Positions 1-13,031 of a stretch of DNA of 64,000 bases are shown here, piece by piece (position 1 is the first letter of the stretch; each line of letters begins with the position of its first letter). Origin of the DNA: Octopus sinensis (Eukaryota); NCBI RefSeq assembly GCF_006345805.1, contig NC_042998.1:132494001-132558000 (forward strand). Direction: 5' to 3'. The notes under the pieces were generated by a model. That model made no database searches, was not told the origin of the DNA, and saw only the letters and a program-made list of their open reading frames with translations. The translations under genes and the position numbers were made by a program.

Positions 1-514
1 GTAAATGCTTATGCATTTCATGTTTCGGTGGGTGGGGGACAAGAGAGAGGTGAGAGTAGCGGTGGTAGTATTGGAAGCGAGGAGATAAATGAATCGCAGG
101 TAACCCTCTTCCCTCCTTTTGGTTTACTTTTATGAAATTTGTAAGTGTTGCTCTTATATTTCATACATTCAAGTCTATACGCATTCCTGCATGAATTTAA
201 TGTAATTGCCATAACACACACACATGTGGCTGTGTTGTTAAGTTTTCTTTGCAACCCTTCAGATTTCAGTTTTGTCCCCAGTGCATGAAAGCTTAATCAA
301 TTTTCTCTACTGTAGCCTTGGATTGATTTGCATCTTGCAAGAGAAACTTAATAGACAGGAACTATGCAAGGGTTGTACAAACACGCTTACTCACAACCAC
401 ATGCCTCTGCCTATGTTTATCTCATGTTTTGTTTTTATGTTCTGTTATCTAGCAGTTCAACAAATAGTGCACAATAAAACACTGGTTTCAGTATGAACTA
501 CCAAACTCTAATGA

Positions 515-557
515 CTAGAGTAGTGTCCATATATGTATATATAAATATATATATATG

Positions 558-616
<59 letters not shown>

Positions 617-815
617 TATGTATATATATATGTATATATATGTATGTATATATATTATGTATATATGTATGTATATATATATGTATGTATATATATATGT
701 ATGTATATATATATGTATGTATATATATATGTATGTATATATATATGTATGTATATATATATGTATGTATATATATATGTATGTATATATATATGTATGT
801 ATGTATATATGTATG

Positions 816-848
<33 letters not shown>

Positions 849-926
849 GTATATATGTATGTATGTATATATGTATATATATGTATATATATATGTATAT
901 ATGTATATATATATGTATGTATGTAT

Positions 927-988
<62 letters not shown>

Positions 989-1127
989 GTATATATGTAT
1001 GTATGTATATATGTATATATATGTATATATGTATATATATGTATATATATATGTATGTATATATATATATATATATGTATGTATATATGTATATATATAT
1101 ATGTATGTATATATATATATATGTATG

Positions 1128-1179
<52 letters not shown>

Positions 1180-1250
1180 TGTATATGTATGTATGTATAT
1201 ATGTATGTATATATATATGTATGTATGTATATATATATATGTATGTATGC
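515..1250. repeat. Compound (TA)n/(TATG)n microsatellite, about 730 bp
   Basis: Continuous gtat/atat units; explains the five 241-304 aa Y/I/M/C/V/H/T-rich pseudo-ORFs at 493-1469. Confidence 0.97.
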
Positions 1251-1331
1251 ATAATGAGAGAGATGGAAGATACGAGAATGGTTATTAATCACTACAATTG
1301 TTTAGATCCATCTAGCATTGATCTCTCACAG

Positions 1332-1442
1332 GTGGGATACTTAACAACTGGTTCGGGAGCATCCGACAGTGTAGATGTGCCTCTTCCATCTCTCTCATTA
1401 TTCAAATACCCAACAAACACTGTGAAAGTCTGTATTTTACTG
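1332..1442 (+). CDS. Weak candidate internal exon (111 nt, frame-preserving), product unknown
   Basis: gatctctcacag|gtggga...ttactg|gtaagc; open as [37 protein letters not shown] (phase 0) and in one other frame; no recognisable domain. Confidence 0.25.
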
Positions 1443-1469
1443 GTAAGCTACCAGGTGTATACCATATGA

Positions 1470-1545
<76 letters not shown>

Positions 1546-1889
1546 TATATATATATACACACACACGCACACACACACATATACATTCTCTAAACTACTT
1601 GTTTCTGTTGTATCATATGAAAACTTTAAAAATTCTGGATACATCCTTATATGAAAAGGCTGTGTTGGACTTTATACCAATGGTTACTAGTATCCTGTGT
1701 TTGTGTGTGTTTATATCTTTGATAGCTAGTATTGCAAATGTATGCTTAAATGTTTCATCTAACCAGCTTTGTCTGGTGACCAGTAGGTTGAAATAAATAA
1801 TCGATAATAGCTGAAAGTTTTGAATGGTACCTGACATAACAAGTCGGGCAGATGGCCCATGGAGTCAAGTGCCATTCATCATCATTTCA

Positions 1890-2930
1890 CATGAATATTG
1901 CCAACTGATCCAAATGCCAAAAGTGATTTCAGTCTAATCAATAAGGCTGCCTTAGATTCAATAAATTCAGACATGAAACAAATCTACACCTTTTGAATCT
2001 ATGAGGCAAGGTTGCTGTGGTTATCGGCAGTTATTCAAGGAGATTGAAAACAGAGATGAATGCAGATTTATCCCATTCGCCAACATCGACTGCTACCTCC
2101 TTGCCCTCACCCATACCCACTCACTTACATGATAAACTTATGGCAGGTAAAAAATCCATCTGAGAAATCATTTGCAAACATGACACTGAAAACCAACCTT
2201 GCATATGATCATATATGACAGAACTATGCTGGATTAAGAAAAATTTGAGAAGGCAATTTTTCATGTTGGAATTGGATAGAAGCAGCAGCTCTTAATTCCT
2301 TGAGTTAGTCGTGACTATACTTAACATCCATAGAAAACATATTTTAGTGGCAATAGTGTGCATCTGCATACATATGAGGGATGGCACACTTACAGTTTTG
2401 ACTAGAATGAGGTGTTTATGGAGATGACCAGGGTATTGTTATTGGTGCAAATCTAACAACGGTAAACATCCTTAACATTAAGCTCAACTTCTCCTATAAT
2501 AACCATGAAGATCTTTTGTATGTTTTGAGACAAAATTTAGTCTGCTTCCTGCATCATCTGTTTGTCTATATTTTCCCCTGCAGACAGTGACCTGGAAATG
2601 AATCTCATCAATTTCAAAGCACCTGTAAAGGTCAGGGGTACTGTCTTTCCTCTCGTAAGTAATTTCCAACATGAAAGGTTCCAAAGTGCTTATGACTGTT
2701 TTAATATATAAAATGAATAGAAATGCTCAATATGGCACAATCTACTAGAAAATATCAACGCAAAATGCAGCATAGTGAAAACTTCTATCTTATCGAGAAA
2801 TATTTCCTGAATGGCCACAAATTGTACATGATGTTAAAGAAAAATAATGTAAAGGTAAGCTTCAGCTGCATGCTCAACATTTCCTGTCTTATCAAAGGTC
2901 AAAATGCAAAAGTATTATTGCGAATAAGCC
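1890..2930 (+). mobile_element. Degenerate Penelope-like element (RT and linker region), frameshifted and with stops
   Basis: Collinear decayed PLE motifs: CQLI/PNAKSDFSLINKAALDSIN (about 1900-1970, cf. CRLINPAKSEIG..SK.ILD.IN), FIPFANIDCY (about 2068, cf. FIQFDI.DFY), GVYGDDQG...IGANLTTVNILNIKL (2411, cf. YRDDG...ANLK.VNFLDV), FYLIEKYFLNGHKLYMMLKKNNVKVSFSCMLNISCLIKGQNAKVL (cf. LIDKHFP.GHKLHKIFN.N.VKVSYSCMPN). Confidence 0.8.
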
Positions 2931-3324
2931 AAGAACCTGAAGAACTATCTAGTTGCCAAAGTTTGAAATGGAAATACCTTGGGAAATTTCTTTTAACCTA
3001 CTTCAGCATAAAATTAGTGAGACAAGGTTACTAACTATTACTTTTGCATCACCAGCAGAACACATAGATTATCACCACCAAGTAGACCGGAGCCTATACC
3101 ACTGCCAACACTTGAACAATGTAGTTACCATACCAACAGTACAGACCATGATATAAAAATGATGACAGCTGTAACTCCTAGGGAAACTGGAAATGCTAAT
3201 TTAAAACCAGAAACACAGTCACTGTATCAGTGGGCACTCCTGCCTTACAATAACCAACACAACATGGGATTTCATCATCACAAAATAACTATTAGATATA
3301 TACCAAGAAGAGGACTGCTACATT

Positions 3325-3520
3325 TTCACTGACCTGTTAGAAATAAGTGATATCTCTCTCAGACTACACCAAACTGCCTGAAAAAGAAATACATTTGATA
3401 ATGTAGTCCTAGATACAGCATGGTCAAAAAAATCTCACTGGATTGTCATGGATGGCTTATATGGGATTATAGTCTGCTTGGTCAGGGCAAATCTAGGATT
3501 CAACAACATCACAACAACCT
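3325..3520 (+). repeat. Interspersed repeat ending in a (CAA)n tail; related copies at about 13950-14025 (-), 26760-26930, 31540-31680 (-) and 52320-52515 (+)
   Basis: Shared segments gacctgttagaaata...taatgtagtcctagatac...gatggtcatg...gacctgaggttaaacaacaac seen at several loci. Confidence 0.6.
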
Positions 3521-5136
3521 TAACACGACTGTACACCACCACCTCCACTACTACACAGCTCCATCTGTAAACAACTTTATGAATCTGAACATGTCACTAA
3601 CACACCATGAGCTGCAACCTGCTAGTAGTAATGGCCAAGTCTCCCCTGCATTACACTGTCTTCTTCAACAGTGAGAAAAAAAGACATTGGATACTGTAGT
3701 CTAAGGTACATAATTTTTCGAGAAGAATATGGGATGAACATGGCTTGAATAGCTTTAATCTAGCCATCATAGGAAAAAAACCCATCTCCAAACAACAACT
3801 ACAATCAATATAAAAGAATACCTAAATACCACTTGGCCTGCTAAGTGAACCACCTAATTTTGTTTTCTAATGATTACAAAGCAAAAATATTTATAGTTCC
3901 TGCCAGCCCCTTAAATCCCTAATTCAATGTATCCAACATAACACAGGTGTTGTGAAGCACACCTTGATTGGTCCTTCATGTACAATATATAAATGAAAAT
4001 AGTTTAAATTTTAGTTTCACTGAAGTCAGCTAGTTTCAATATTGTTTTCCTATGCTATTTACTGGAGCACCTGTAATATATGAAGGTAAGTTGACAGTAA
4101 TTGGTTCTTCTCTCCATAGACGTGCACACACACACATATATATATATATCAAACAGCAATAATAATTTTTGTTTTGTTTGTCCATAATGGTTGGTAAAAA
4201 CGGCGGGGACCATTTTAATCAATCCTCCATTTACTATGTCACACTATTAATATAAATAATAATAATAATAATAATATCTCACACTGGCATCGGAAATGTT
4301 TCAGTGCAGAGGAGGGAGAATGTATAGCTAGTTTGAATTGACTCCGGTATTTGACTGGTTGTTATTTATTGCATCAGTTGTTGGATGATGGAAAGTAGAA
4401 CTGACCATGGTGGGATTTCAACTGTGAATGTGAAAAAAACATAACAAAATGCTGCAAAATATTTTTTTTTGATTATGTATCATTTGTCTCACTCACAAGT
4501 ACAGTGAATGGGCTGACAGAACCATTAGGACATTGGTGCATTTGTCCTAGCACTTTTATATTCATGGTTAACTTTGCCTGTTCAGTCTTCTAGGATCAAG
4601 AAAATACAGTCCTAGTTATGAACTGAGGCTGATATGATCAGTTATATCCTTTCTCCAAATTTTGAAACCTCATGCATATTATTACTATTATTCTTATTAC
4701 TACAATTCAGCCACCTGCTAGGGATTGTCTTGCTTCCTTCCTTTTAGCCAGGAAGCGCAGAACTGTTTTCCTTCCATCCCATGGTTATAATAAATGAAAT
4801 TGTATGGTAGACAAAATTAAAAGGACTGTAAATGAACAGTTTCTTTTTCAACTAAGCCCTCAACAGCTTCTGCAATTCCTGAGTGGAGAGATAGAGAGAG
4901 AGAGAGAGGTGTTACCCTCTAATGAATTTGTCATATGGTGGGTGAGAGTGGCAAAGAATACCCCATATGAATGGCCTTACTTCCAACATGCATCTGCAGA
5001 TCAAAGGACACACAACCAGAAGAGGGCACCGACTCTTGGAAGTTAGGATAATCACGCGTTTGTCTTTCCATTGAGATATCTTAATTCATTCCTGTTGTAA
5101 ACTTTTGTTTACTGTGCCTATTTCCATCACTTCCCT

Positions 5137-5330
5137 CATCATCATCATCGTTTAACGACCTTTTTCAATGCTGGCATGGGTTTGACGGTTTGACTAGGGA
5201 CTGGCAAGCCAGTAGGCTGCGCCAGACTCCAATCTGATCTAGCTGGATGCCCTTCCTAACGCCAACCACTTTGAGAGTGTAGTGGCTGCTTTTTACTTGC
5301 CACTGGCACAGGAGCCAGTCAAGCGGCAAA
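5137..5330 (-). mobile_element. SINE/LINE-tail family C (RTE-like 3' end with (GAT)n tail)
   Basis: catcatcatcgtttaacg...ctggatgcccttcctaacgccaaccac; same family at 9812-9945 (+), 24977-25113 (-), 38411-38548 (-), 44880-45150 (+), 58640-58770 (+) and 60700-60890 (+). Confidence 0.8.
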
Positions 5331-5609
5331 CATTATTGCTATTAATAATTTGGAGGAGATGCTGAGAGCAGCTGTAATGCCTTGAATTTGATGATGGTAA
5401 GCGTAGACACATGGCCTGAAACTTGGAGGATCATTTTAGATGATTATACCAATTCCTGTATTTGAATAATACTATATTTTATTGGTTTCAAAGGGTGACA
5501 GACAATATTGACCTCATCAAAAATTGATCTTAAAATGGCTAGAACAAGTACCACAGGCCATTTGCTTCTGACACTTGAGTGATTCTACTTATCTATCATC
5601 GTAAATGAT

Positions 5610-5835
5610 GATAATGGTTTCAGATTTTGGCACAAGGTCAGCAGTTGTTGAGAGAAATGGGGAAAGTTGATTACATCAACTCCAGTGCTCAGCTAGTGCT
5701 TATCTTATGAAACTTGAAAGCATAAAAAGAGAAGGTAACCTAGGCGGGATTTGAACTCGGAACGTTATGATGGATGAAATGCCACTGAGCATTCTGTCTA
5801 GTGGGCTAGTGATTGTGCCAGCTCACCACCTTACT
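5610..5835 (-). mobile_element. tRNA-derived SINE family A copy
   Basis: ttttggcacaaggtcagca...ggcgggatttgaactcggaacg...gccagctcaccacctt; B-box gagttcaaatcc on the - strand. Confidence 0.8.
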
Positions 5836-7456
5836 AGTAGTAATGATGATGATGATAATGATAAAGCTTTCTTAGTTGTATTGTTTTTATATTTTGAGTT
5901 TCATTTCCCACTGCCTTCAATTTAACCTTTCATCTTCCTGCAATCAAAGTACCATTTAAGTACCAGGGTCGATTGAATTACCTCCTACTAAATCCTGTAG
6001 CCTTGTACTTCTGTTAGAAATACTATTTGTAATAAATTGTAGGATTAGAGTTTCACATTCAACTAGGCTTTCACCCTTGACTCGTTTGGCTGCCAGAAGA
6101 GTGGAAAATGAAGTAACTCCTAGTAATATTTTGACTCAGAATGTAGAGGGATGGGATGGAATGCTGCTATTACTTCACTATTAATGCGAGTCCAATAACA
6201 TTTTTATTGTAAACAGATGTGTTTGTTTAATGCAATGGCTAATGTATATGTGTTTTATGTACATTTGGTATTTTTGCATATATTTTGTTACTGTTGAAGT
6301 GGCACTTCCAATTTTAAAAATATTTTGAGGATACTATCCTTGAGTTTCAAAGCTGAGGCCGGGGCTTGTTTGTCAAAATGACAGTTAGGAGGTCTCTTTA
6401 GAGAAATGCAATTGAAACAACGGCAACCTCGTTATAAACATATACATAATTTGTTGGGGGCGGGGGTCTTTTTCAAGTCTTAACAAATCTGGACGGTTCT
6501 TCTAGGAGTACATCCACTTGCATATTTTTGATATCTAATATATGTAACTCAAGGAAGTGGTTTAGCTCCTTTCTGTAGCTTAATGTAGATGTGAAAGAAT
6601 GAAATAAAACTACAATTTCAAGCTTTGTAATTAATTATTCACAAGTCATAAACTAAGTTCCCTCCTCCTTTGGAGCATAAACTTATTGCTTGGTGGTGAG
6701 TAAAAGATATGAGTATTCAAGCGTAAGTGTGTGTGTGTGTGTGTGTGTAGTTCATTCATGTCTTGCAGTTGTCAAAACCTCTCAAGTTTAAGGTTCATGG
6801 GCTGGTGGTTACTCTGTCAAATGTAATGCTTATTTATTCACATATGATACTTTGAATTAATCGTTTATTATCTCATAGCGTCAAACTATCGATGAATGTG
6901 ATTGACATTGTGGAGTATCTGTGAGAGGCCAAATCTGGCAGCTGCTATATTTGGGCTGGCCAGATAAAGTCAAGCAGTTTCTGTAAGTAACTAATGTTTT
7001 CCCTCCATGAGGCACAATTTATAGAGTGGAGTGAAGAGAATATAAATTCTTGATACCGGATGTTGGACTGCTTTGCTTGTATCAAACTGGTAATCAGAGA
7101 CATTGTCTTGGCGGTGAGTTGAGGGTGGGGGTAAATAAATTTGTGTTTGTGGTTGAATTGGGAGGATTGTTGTTATATGGTGAGAGCATAGGTCCTTGTT
7201 GTAGGGGAGGAAAGGGTAAAGGTTACCAGACAAAAACAAAAAAAGTTTGCAAAAGTGGGTTGTTTACACTACCAAACCCTCTAAGATTTAGACTTGATAG
7301 ATAACATTACAGGTTAGAGTGGGTCATTCGAATTGATGGGGCTAAAGCCCATATAAGCAGTAAGGTGTCTAGAGGGGAGCAAGAAAGTAGTTCCAGAAGC
7401 TAACCGGAAGGGGAAGTTTTGGAACTGTGGTAAGTGATATATAGGGTAGGATTTAA

Positions 7457-7676
7457 CCCTTTAGCATACAGATTTCTTTGTCAAGTTTTTAATGTTTGTT
7501 TATCCACATTGTCCTAAATTAATCTTGCATTATCTTGTAGCTTCAAGATTTCAAAGGTATGCTTGTATATTTTTAGAATGACATTGTAGGGTAGGTGTGA
7601 GAGGTTCGATCAGGTCAGTTTTAACATAAAACATAGAATATGTAGGCTGTATATGGCAGGATTAAATGCTAAAGGG
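7457..7676. mobile_element. piggyBac-like MITE, 220 bp
   Basis: TTAA|ccctttagcat...atgctaaaggg|TTAA: 11-bp TIR and TTAA TSD at 7453-7456 and 7677-7680; relatives at 6780-6970, 38230-38410, 43060-43150 and 50447-50666. Confidence 0.85.
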
Positions 7677-7829
7677 TTAAATAAGTTGACAAACAGTGCT
7701 GGACATGGTATGTGTGTAAGCTATTGAAGGAAGGGAAAGGGCAAGTGTATTTTTGCAAATAGATGGCATAGATCAGTGTATTCAGCAGAGCTGGGACCTA
7801 ATTTGGTGCAGCTCTTTTTCCATTGTTAT

Positions 7830-8049
7830 ACTCTTTTACTTGTTTCAGTCATTTGACTGCGGCCATGCTGGAGCACCGCCTTTAGTTGAGCAAATCGACC
7901 CCGGGACTTATTCTTTGTAAGCCCAGTACTTATTCTATCAGTCTCTTTTGCCGAACCGCTAAGTGACGGGGACGTAAACACACCAGCATCGGTTGTCAAG
8001 CAATGCTAGGGAGACAAACACAGACACACAAACACATACACACGCATAC

Positions 8050-8117
<68 letters not shown>

Positions 8118-8282
8118 TATATGACAGGCTTCTTTCAGTTTCCGTCTACCAATCCACTCACAAGGCATTGGTCCGCCCGGGGCTATAGCAGAAGACACTT
8201 GCCCAAGATGCCACGCAGTGGGACTGAACCCGGAACCATGTGGTTGGTTAGCAAGCTAGTTACCACACAGCCACTCCTGCGC
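7830..8282 (-). mobile_element. Near-complete tRNA-derived SINE family B (octopus OK/OR-type) with an internal (TA)n/(CA)n tract
   Basis: - strand head gcaggagtggctgtgtggtaactagcttgctaaccaaccacatggttccgggttcagtcccactgcg (A/B-box-like); 3' body ...gctccagcatggccgcagtcaaatgactgaaacaagtaaaagag. Confidence 0.88.
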
Positions 8283-9269
8283 TTATAGTTAGCACAGCAT
8301 GAATAATGGTTAGCAGGGTGATAGAAATTGGTGTGTTTTTTTCTTCAGTCTGTATTTCTGTCTCTGTATTCTTGACAATGCATCTTCAGGTGTATTTGTG
8401 TTTGTAGTTGCATTGATTTGGGTGGGTTGTGAGAAATTGCAGTAGCGTTAGTTGTCGCACTGTTGTTATTATTAACCCCATTAGTAGCTGTGAAACAATG
8501 CACCTATTTATGTACAGTGCAACTCTTTGTCTTAACAAATGTATATTTGCAACTTAAAAATATATATTATTTGCTCTGTGTTCTTTTCACACACACAAAG
8601 CACCTATGTGAAATTAGTGTGGTGTCGTCATTGATCATGGGTCAACTTGCACAAGTGTGGCTCCTCTCCTCCCTCTCTCTCTCTCTCTTCATTCTCCCTC
8701 TGTGTGTATCACTATATGTATGTATGTGTATATGTGTGTCTATGTCATATGTATATGATACATATATATATACATACATATGTTTGGTCATGTTCATTAA
8801 ACACACACTATTTAATTAACTCCATTTGTCAATCATCATAACTCTACAAGTGAAAAACAGCTCACTAAATTTAACCTTGTACTTCTCTCCCCTTTCTCTG
8901 TCTCTCTTTCTTTTTGAACTTCTCTACTGTCCACTTAGATTTTTTTTCTGGCATTTTATATCTTCAACAGCTGTCCCTGATCTCTTATGAAGCTATCTTA
9001 CCTCTGTCTATGCACCTCTTTCTGCTCCGTTCTTGTTCATGGACTTCCTGCTTTTTTCTTGGTTTGAACACCTAGCTTAAACACTAGCTTAATTTTGAGA
9101 GGAGTACTGAATTGCCTCAATCATAAAGATTTGAGTTCAATTTTACTGCAAGTGCATCGTGGTATATTTGAGCAGAATACACTTAAAGCATTTCTTCAGA
9201 TCACCTCCCTGTTTCAATGTCAGGTACCAAGTTAGGTATCAAAGGTGAAAAATAGCTTTTTATCATTCA

Positions 9270-10330
9270 TCTACTTAAATCCCACCAAAATCAACTTGAC
9301 CTTTCAATCTTTCGGTGTTGATAAAGTCTAGTACAAGTATGGATGTAAACAACTTGCCCCATCCCTTCAAATTTGCTGACCTTCTGCCAAGATGAGAATG
9401 AATCATTATTAGGATGGTGAGCCAGCAGAATCATTTGAATGTAAAGATAGATAAAATGCCCCTGAGCATTGTGTCTGGTGTGCTGAGTTCAAATCCTGCC
9501 ATGATTGACTTTGTTTTTCATCCTTTTGGGGTTTGATGTTATGTAAGTACCAGTTGAGTCCTGGTGTTGATGTAGTTGACTCCCACAAAATTTTAGGCCT
9601 TCTGCGAATAGCAAAAAAATAGGATTATGATGGTGATTATTATTATTGCTTAGTGGCATTTCTTCTTCCAACAATGTCGACTTTGCCTTTCATCTTTTCA
9701 TGATGAATAAAATAAATACCAGTCAGCCACTGGGATCAATGTAATCAACTCCTTACTCTTCTAAAATGGCAGCCCTTTTGTGAAAATGTGAAAGAATTAT
9801 TATTATTATTATTTAGGAAGGGCATCCAGCCGTAGAAACATTGCCCGATCAGACTGGGCCTGGTGCAGCCTTCTGGCTTCCCAGACCCCAGTTGAACCGT
9901 CCAACCCATGCTAGCATGGAAAGCAGACGCTAAACGATGATTATTATTATTAATCATTATCATGGCAGATAAAATGCTTAGTGTCATTTCATCCATCTCT
10001 ACATTTGCATTCTGGGTTCAAATTCCACTGAGGTTGACTTTGTATTTCATCCTTTCAGGCTTGATAAATTAAGTACCAGTGAAACACTGGGGTCGATGTA
10101 ATCGACTAGTCCCCTCCCACCAAATTTCAGGCCTTGTGCCTAAAGTAGAAAGGATTATTATTATTATTATTAAAGAAGCTAACAGGCAGAATCGTTAGAA
10201 CGCCAGGCAAGATGCTTAGCTGCATTTTGTCTGTCTTCAGACATATACCTTGCTTATTTATTCCCACCCCTTACTTTCAGAGCTCAAATCCTACTTAGGT
10301 CCACTTTGCCTTATGTCCTTCTTTTAGGGT
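9270..10330 (+). mobile_element. Cluster of 3-4 family A SINE copies in + orientation, with a family C copy at 9812-9945
   Basis: Repeated gagttcaaat(t/c)c...gactttg...tttcatcc...aagtaccag...ggcct...ggattattatt. Confidence 0.8.
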
Positions 10331-11384
10331 CGGCATTCATCTCACCTTCCAATTTTCCAAACTCACTCCATTTGCTTAATTATAGCATCGTCTCTGCTGG
10401 GATTTGAACTGAGTGCAGCGAGGTCTCGAACCTGATTGAAGATGAAGATAGCATAATGAATTCATGTGTCAGCAAATGAAACAAAATGGTGAAGTTGACG
10501 CTGTTACTGCTGCTAGTACCATCACCACTTAGTATATTTTTACTACATGTCTACTTCTGCTGCTATTTTACAACTATTACCTACATGTATTGTCACCACC
10601 TCCTCTACTACTAGCGCCACTGTCATCACTATACTATCTCTTTAACTAGAGTTACTTTAATTGTTACTCTTACAACTCTCGCACTATGTACATAGCCGAC
10701 TTGGTTGGCATAGTCACCTTCACTTCCACCACTGTCACACTCCGCACCCGTGCTGCATCTACTGCTACCACTACAGCTCTCCCGTACTGCATCTACTGCC
10801 ACCGCTACCCCAGTCATCACCCGCTAACAAAATGTGATGAATGAGCTCCAACAACGGTCTTGTATATTTATGTACAAATCACTTTACTACTACTATCTAC
10901 AACAGCAAACTCGTGTGCACATTTTTCTGTGAAGCGACACATGTCTGAAGCCAGACATGTGCATCCAGTAATTTCTGCCGCTGCTGTTGCATGCCTGCAC
11001 TGACTGCTATATGCGCATGCATTGCTGCGAGTGGTGGGCGATGACGATGATGTCACAATAGTGGTAACGTTCAATAGGTTTAGTTTTTAGTAGTAGTAGT
11101 AGTAGTTTTAGTGGCGAGATGGTGGTGTTGGTCGTGGCGAGGGGTGATTGTCATAGTAGTTAGTGGTGGTGTGAAGGGTTAGAGGGGTGAGAGTGAGAGG
11201 AGAAACTTGAATGGATTTCTCTGGTGTATTTGGAAACTATCGAAAATGCTAAACGACATCACTGCTATTAAGAGTAAGAGATGCTGAAGATAGTGTCATA
11301 TTTATCACACCTGTCGATGTGTAATGTCTTCTCTCTAGTTGGAGATAATTTAATTAACACCTAAACTTCAATTAAAATATTGGT

Positions 11385-12999
11385 TTCGAATTTTGGCACA
11401 AGGCCATCAACTTCAGGGGAGGAGTAAGTCAATTATCCCTCAAATACCAGTTGACCCCAGTGCTTAACTGGTACTTATTTTGTTGACACTGAAAAGATGA
11501 AAGGCAAAGTCAACCTCAGCAGAATTTGAACTCGGAATGTAAGGTCGATTGTAATGCCTCTAAGCCTTTTGCCCGGCATACTAATGATTCTGCTAGCTTG
11601 CCACCTTAACTTCATATTATTTGATATGCTTTAAAGGGCTTCTGCTTACCTGAAGTCAGAGGTGTAGCTCTCTGTGAGGTAGGGTGCATGTCTACACAGG
11701 GGTACTATTTCTCATTGGTAACCATTCCCAACTAATAGGTAATATTGCTGTCTTTCTAACATAATAAATGCAAGAACACATTTTTGAGGAGAAACTGTTT
11801 TGATTATCATATACGACTCTTAAAAAGTAAAGTTAGCTCTAACAAGGTTTAATAACCATTACTTATGTAATACAGCAAAACATTGGTTTATTGATGATGA
11901 TGGTGATAAGTTAAACATAGGCACAAGGTTACAAGAGGAGGGATTATACCTATTCAGTTTTTAGATTGGTACTTTATTTATAATCAGACCTAGAAGTATG
12001 AGAGGAAAAGTTGACCATAGTAGGATTTGAACTCTGAACATAAAAGCTGGAACAAAATCGAAAAAGCATGTTGTCTAATTACTCTACCAATTCACTGTCC
12101 TTATAAAATGATAGCCATAGTCACACTAATAGTAATTCTTTTTTACTATAGGCACAAAGCTAGAAATTTTGTGGGTAGGGAGTAGTCAATTACAACAACC
12201 CCCACACTTAACTATCACTTGTTTCATTGATCCTGAAAGGGTGAAAGGCAAAATCGACCTCAGCAGAATTTGAACTCAAAACATAAAGACAAATTAAATG
12301 CCACTAAGCATTTTTCCCAGTGTGCTAGTGATTCTGCCATTTCAATGCCTTTATTATAATAATAATAATGATTTCTAATATGGTTGCTAGGTTACAGATT
12401 CTGAAGGGAAGGGGTTAATTGATTGGATTGGCTTCAGGAAGGATGAAACGAAAAGTTAATCCTGGTGGAATTTGAATTCCGAAAATCAAGTGCTAGAACA
12501 AACGCTGCAAGTCTGACACTAATAATTCTGAATAATTAATTCTTTATAATATTTGCATATGACCTGCAATATTGAGAAGAGCAAGTGAGGTCAATTGTGT
12601 TGACCCCTAATATTTGACTAGTATTTTTATCAAACCCGAAAGGATTAAAGTAAAATCACCCCTGCAGAATTTGAACTCAGATCACAAAGAATCTGAAAAA
12701 AAAATTCCAATATGTATTTTGTCTGATGAGCTAACAATTCTGTTATCTCACTGCTTTCATAATAATAATGAGGAGGATTTCAGTTTTTTCGCACAAGGCC
12801 AGCAGTTTTTTTTGAGGGGGTAAGTCAATTCCATCGCCCCCTGTGTTCAACTGCTTTTTATTTTGTCAACCCCAAAAGGATGAGAGGCAGTCGATCCACT
12901 CTGGCAGCATTTGAACTCAGAACGTAAAGTTGGAAGAAATGCCTCTAAGCATTTTTCCCTGCACAAGCAGCACTTCTGCCAGCTTGCCACCTTCACTTC

Positions 13000-13031
<32 letters not shown>

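Noticed and set aside
493-1469. Five overlapping 241-304 aa ORFs
   Set aside because: Translations of a TA/TATG microsatellite that lacks stop codons in most frames
3270-3500. Possible LINE RNase H motif (YIFTD...W)
   Set aside because: The segment matches a short non-coding repeat found elsewhere in the window; the similarity is superficial
7000-7440. Possible old LINE RT fragment on the - strand
   Set aside because: Similarity too decayed to support from inspection alone
8200-8282. tRNA-like sequence with A/B boxes (also at 39112, 46066 and 61150)
   Set aside because: SINE heads; no complete cloverleaf, and each continues into SINE body
11650-11691. 42-nt - strand exon-like segment ending cttcag|gtaagc
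   Set aside because: Poor acceptor, embedded between SINEs, no recognisable peptide
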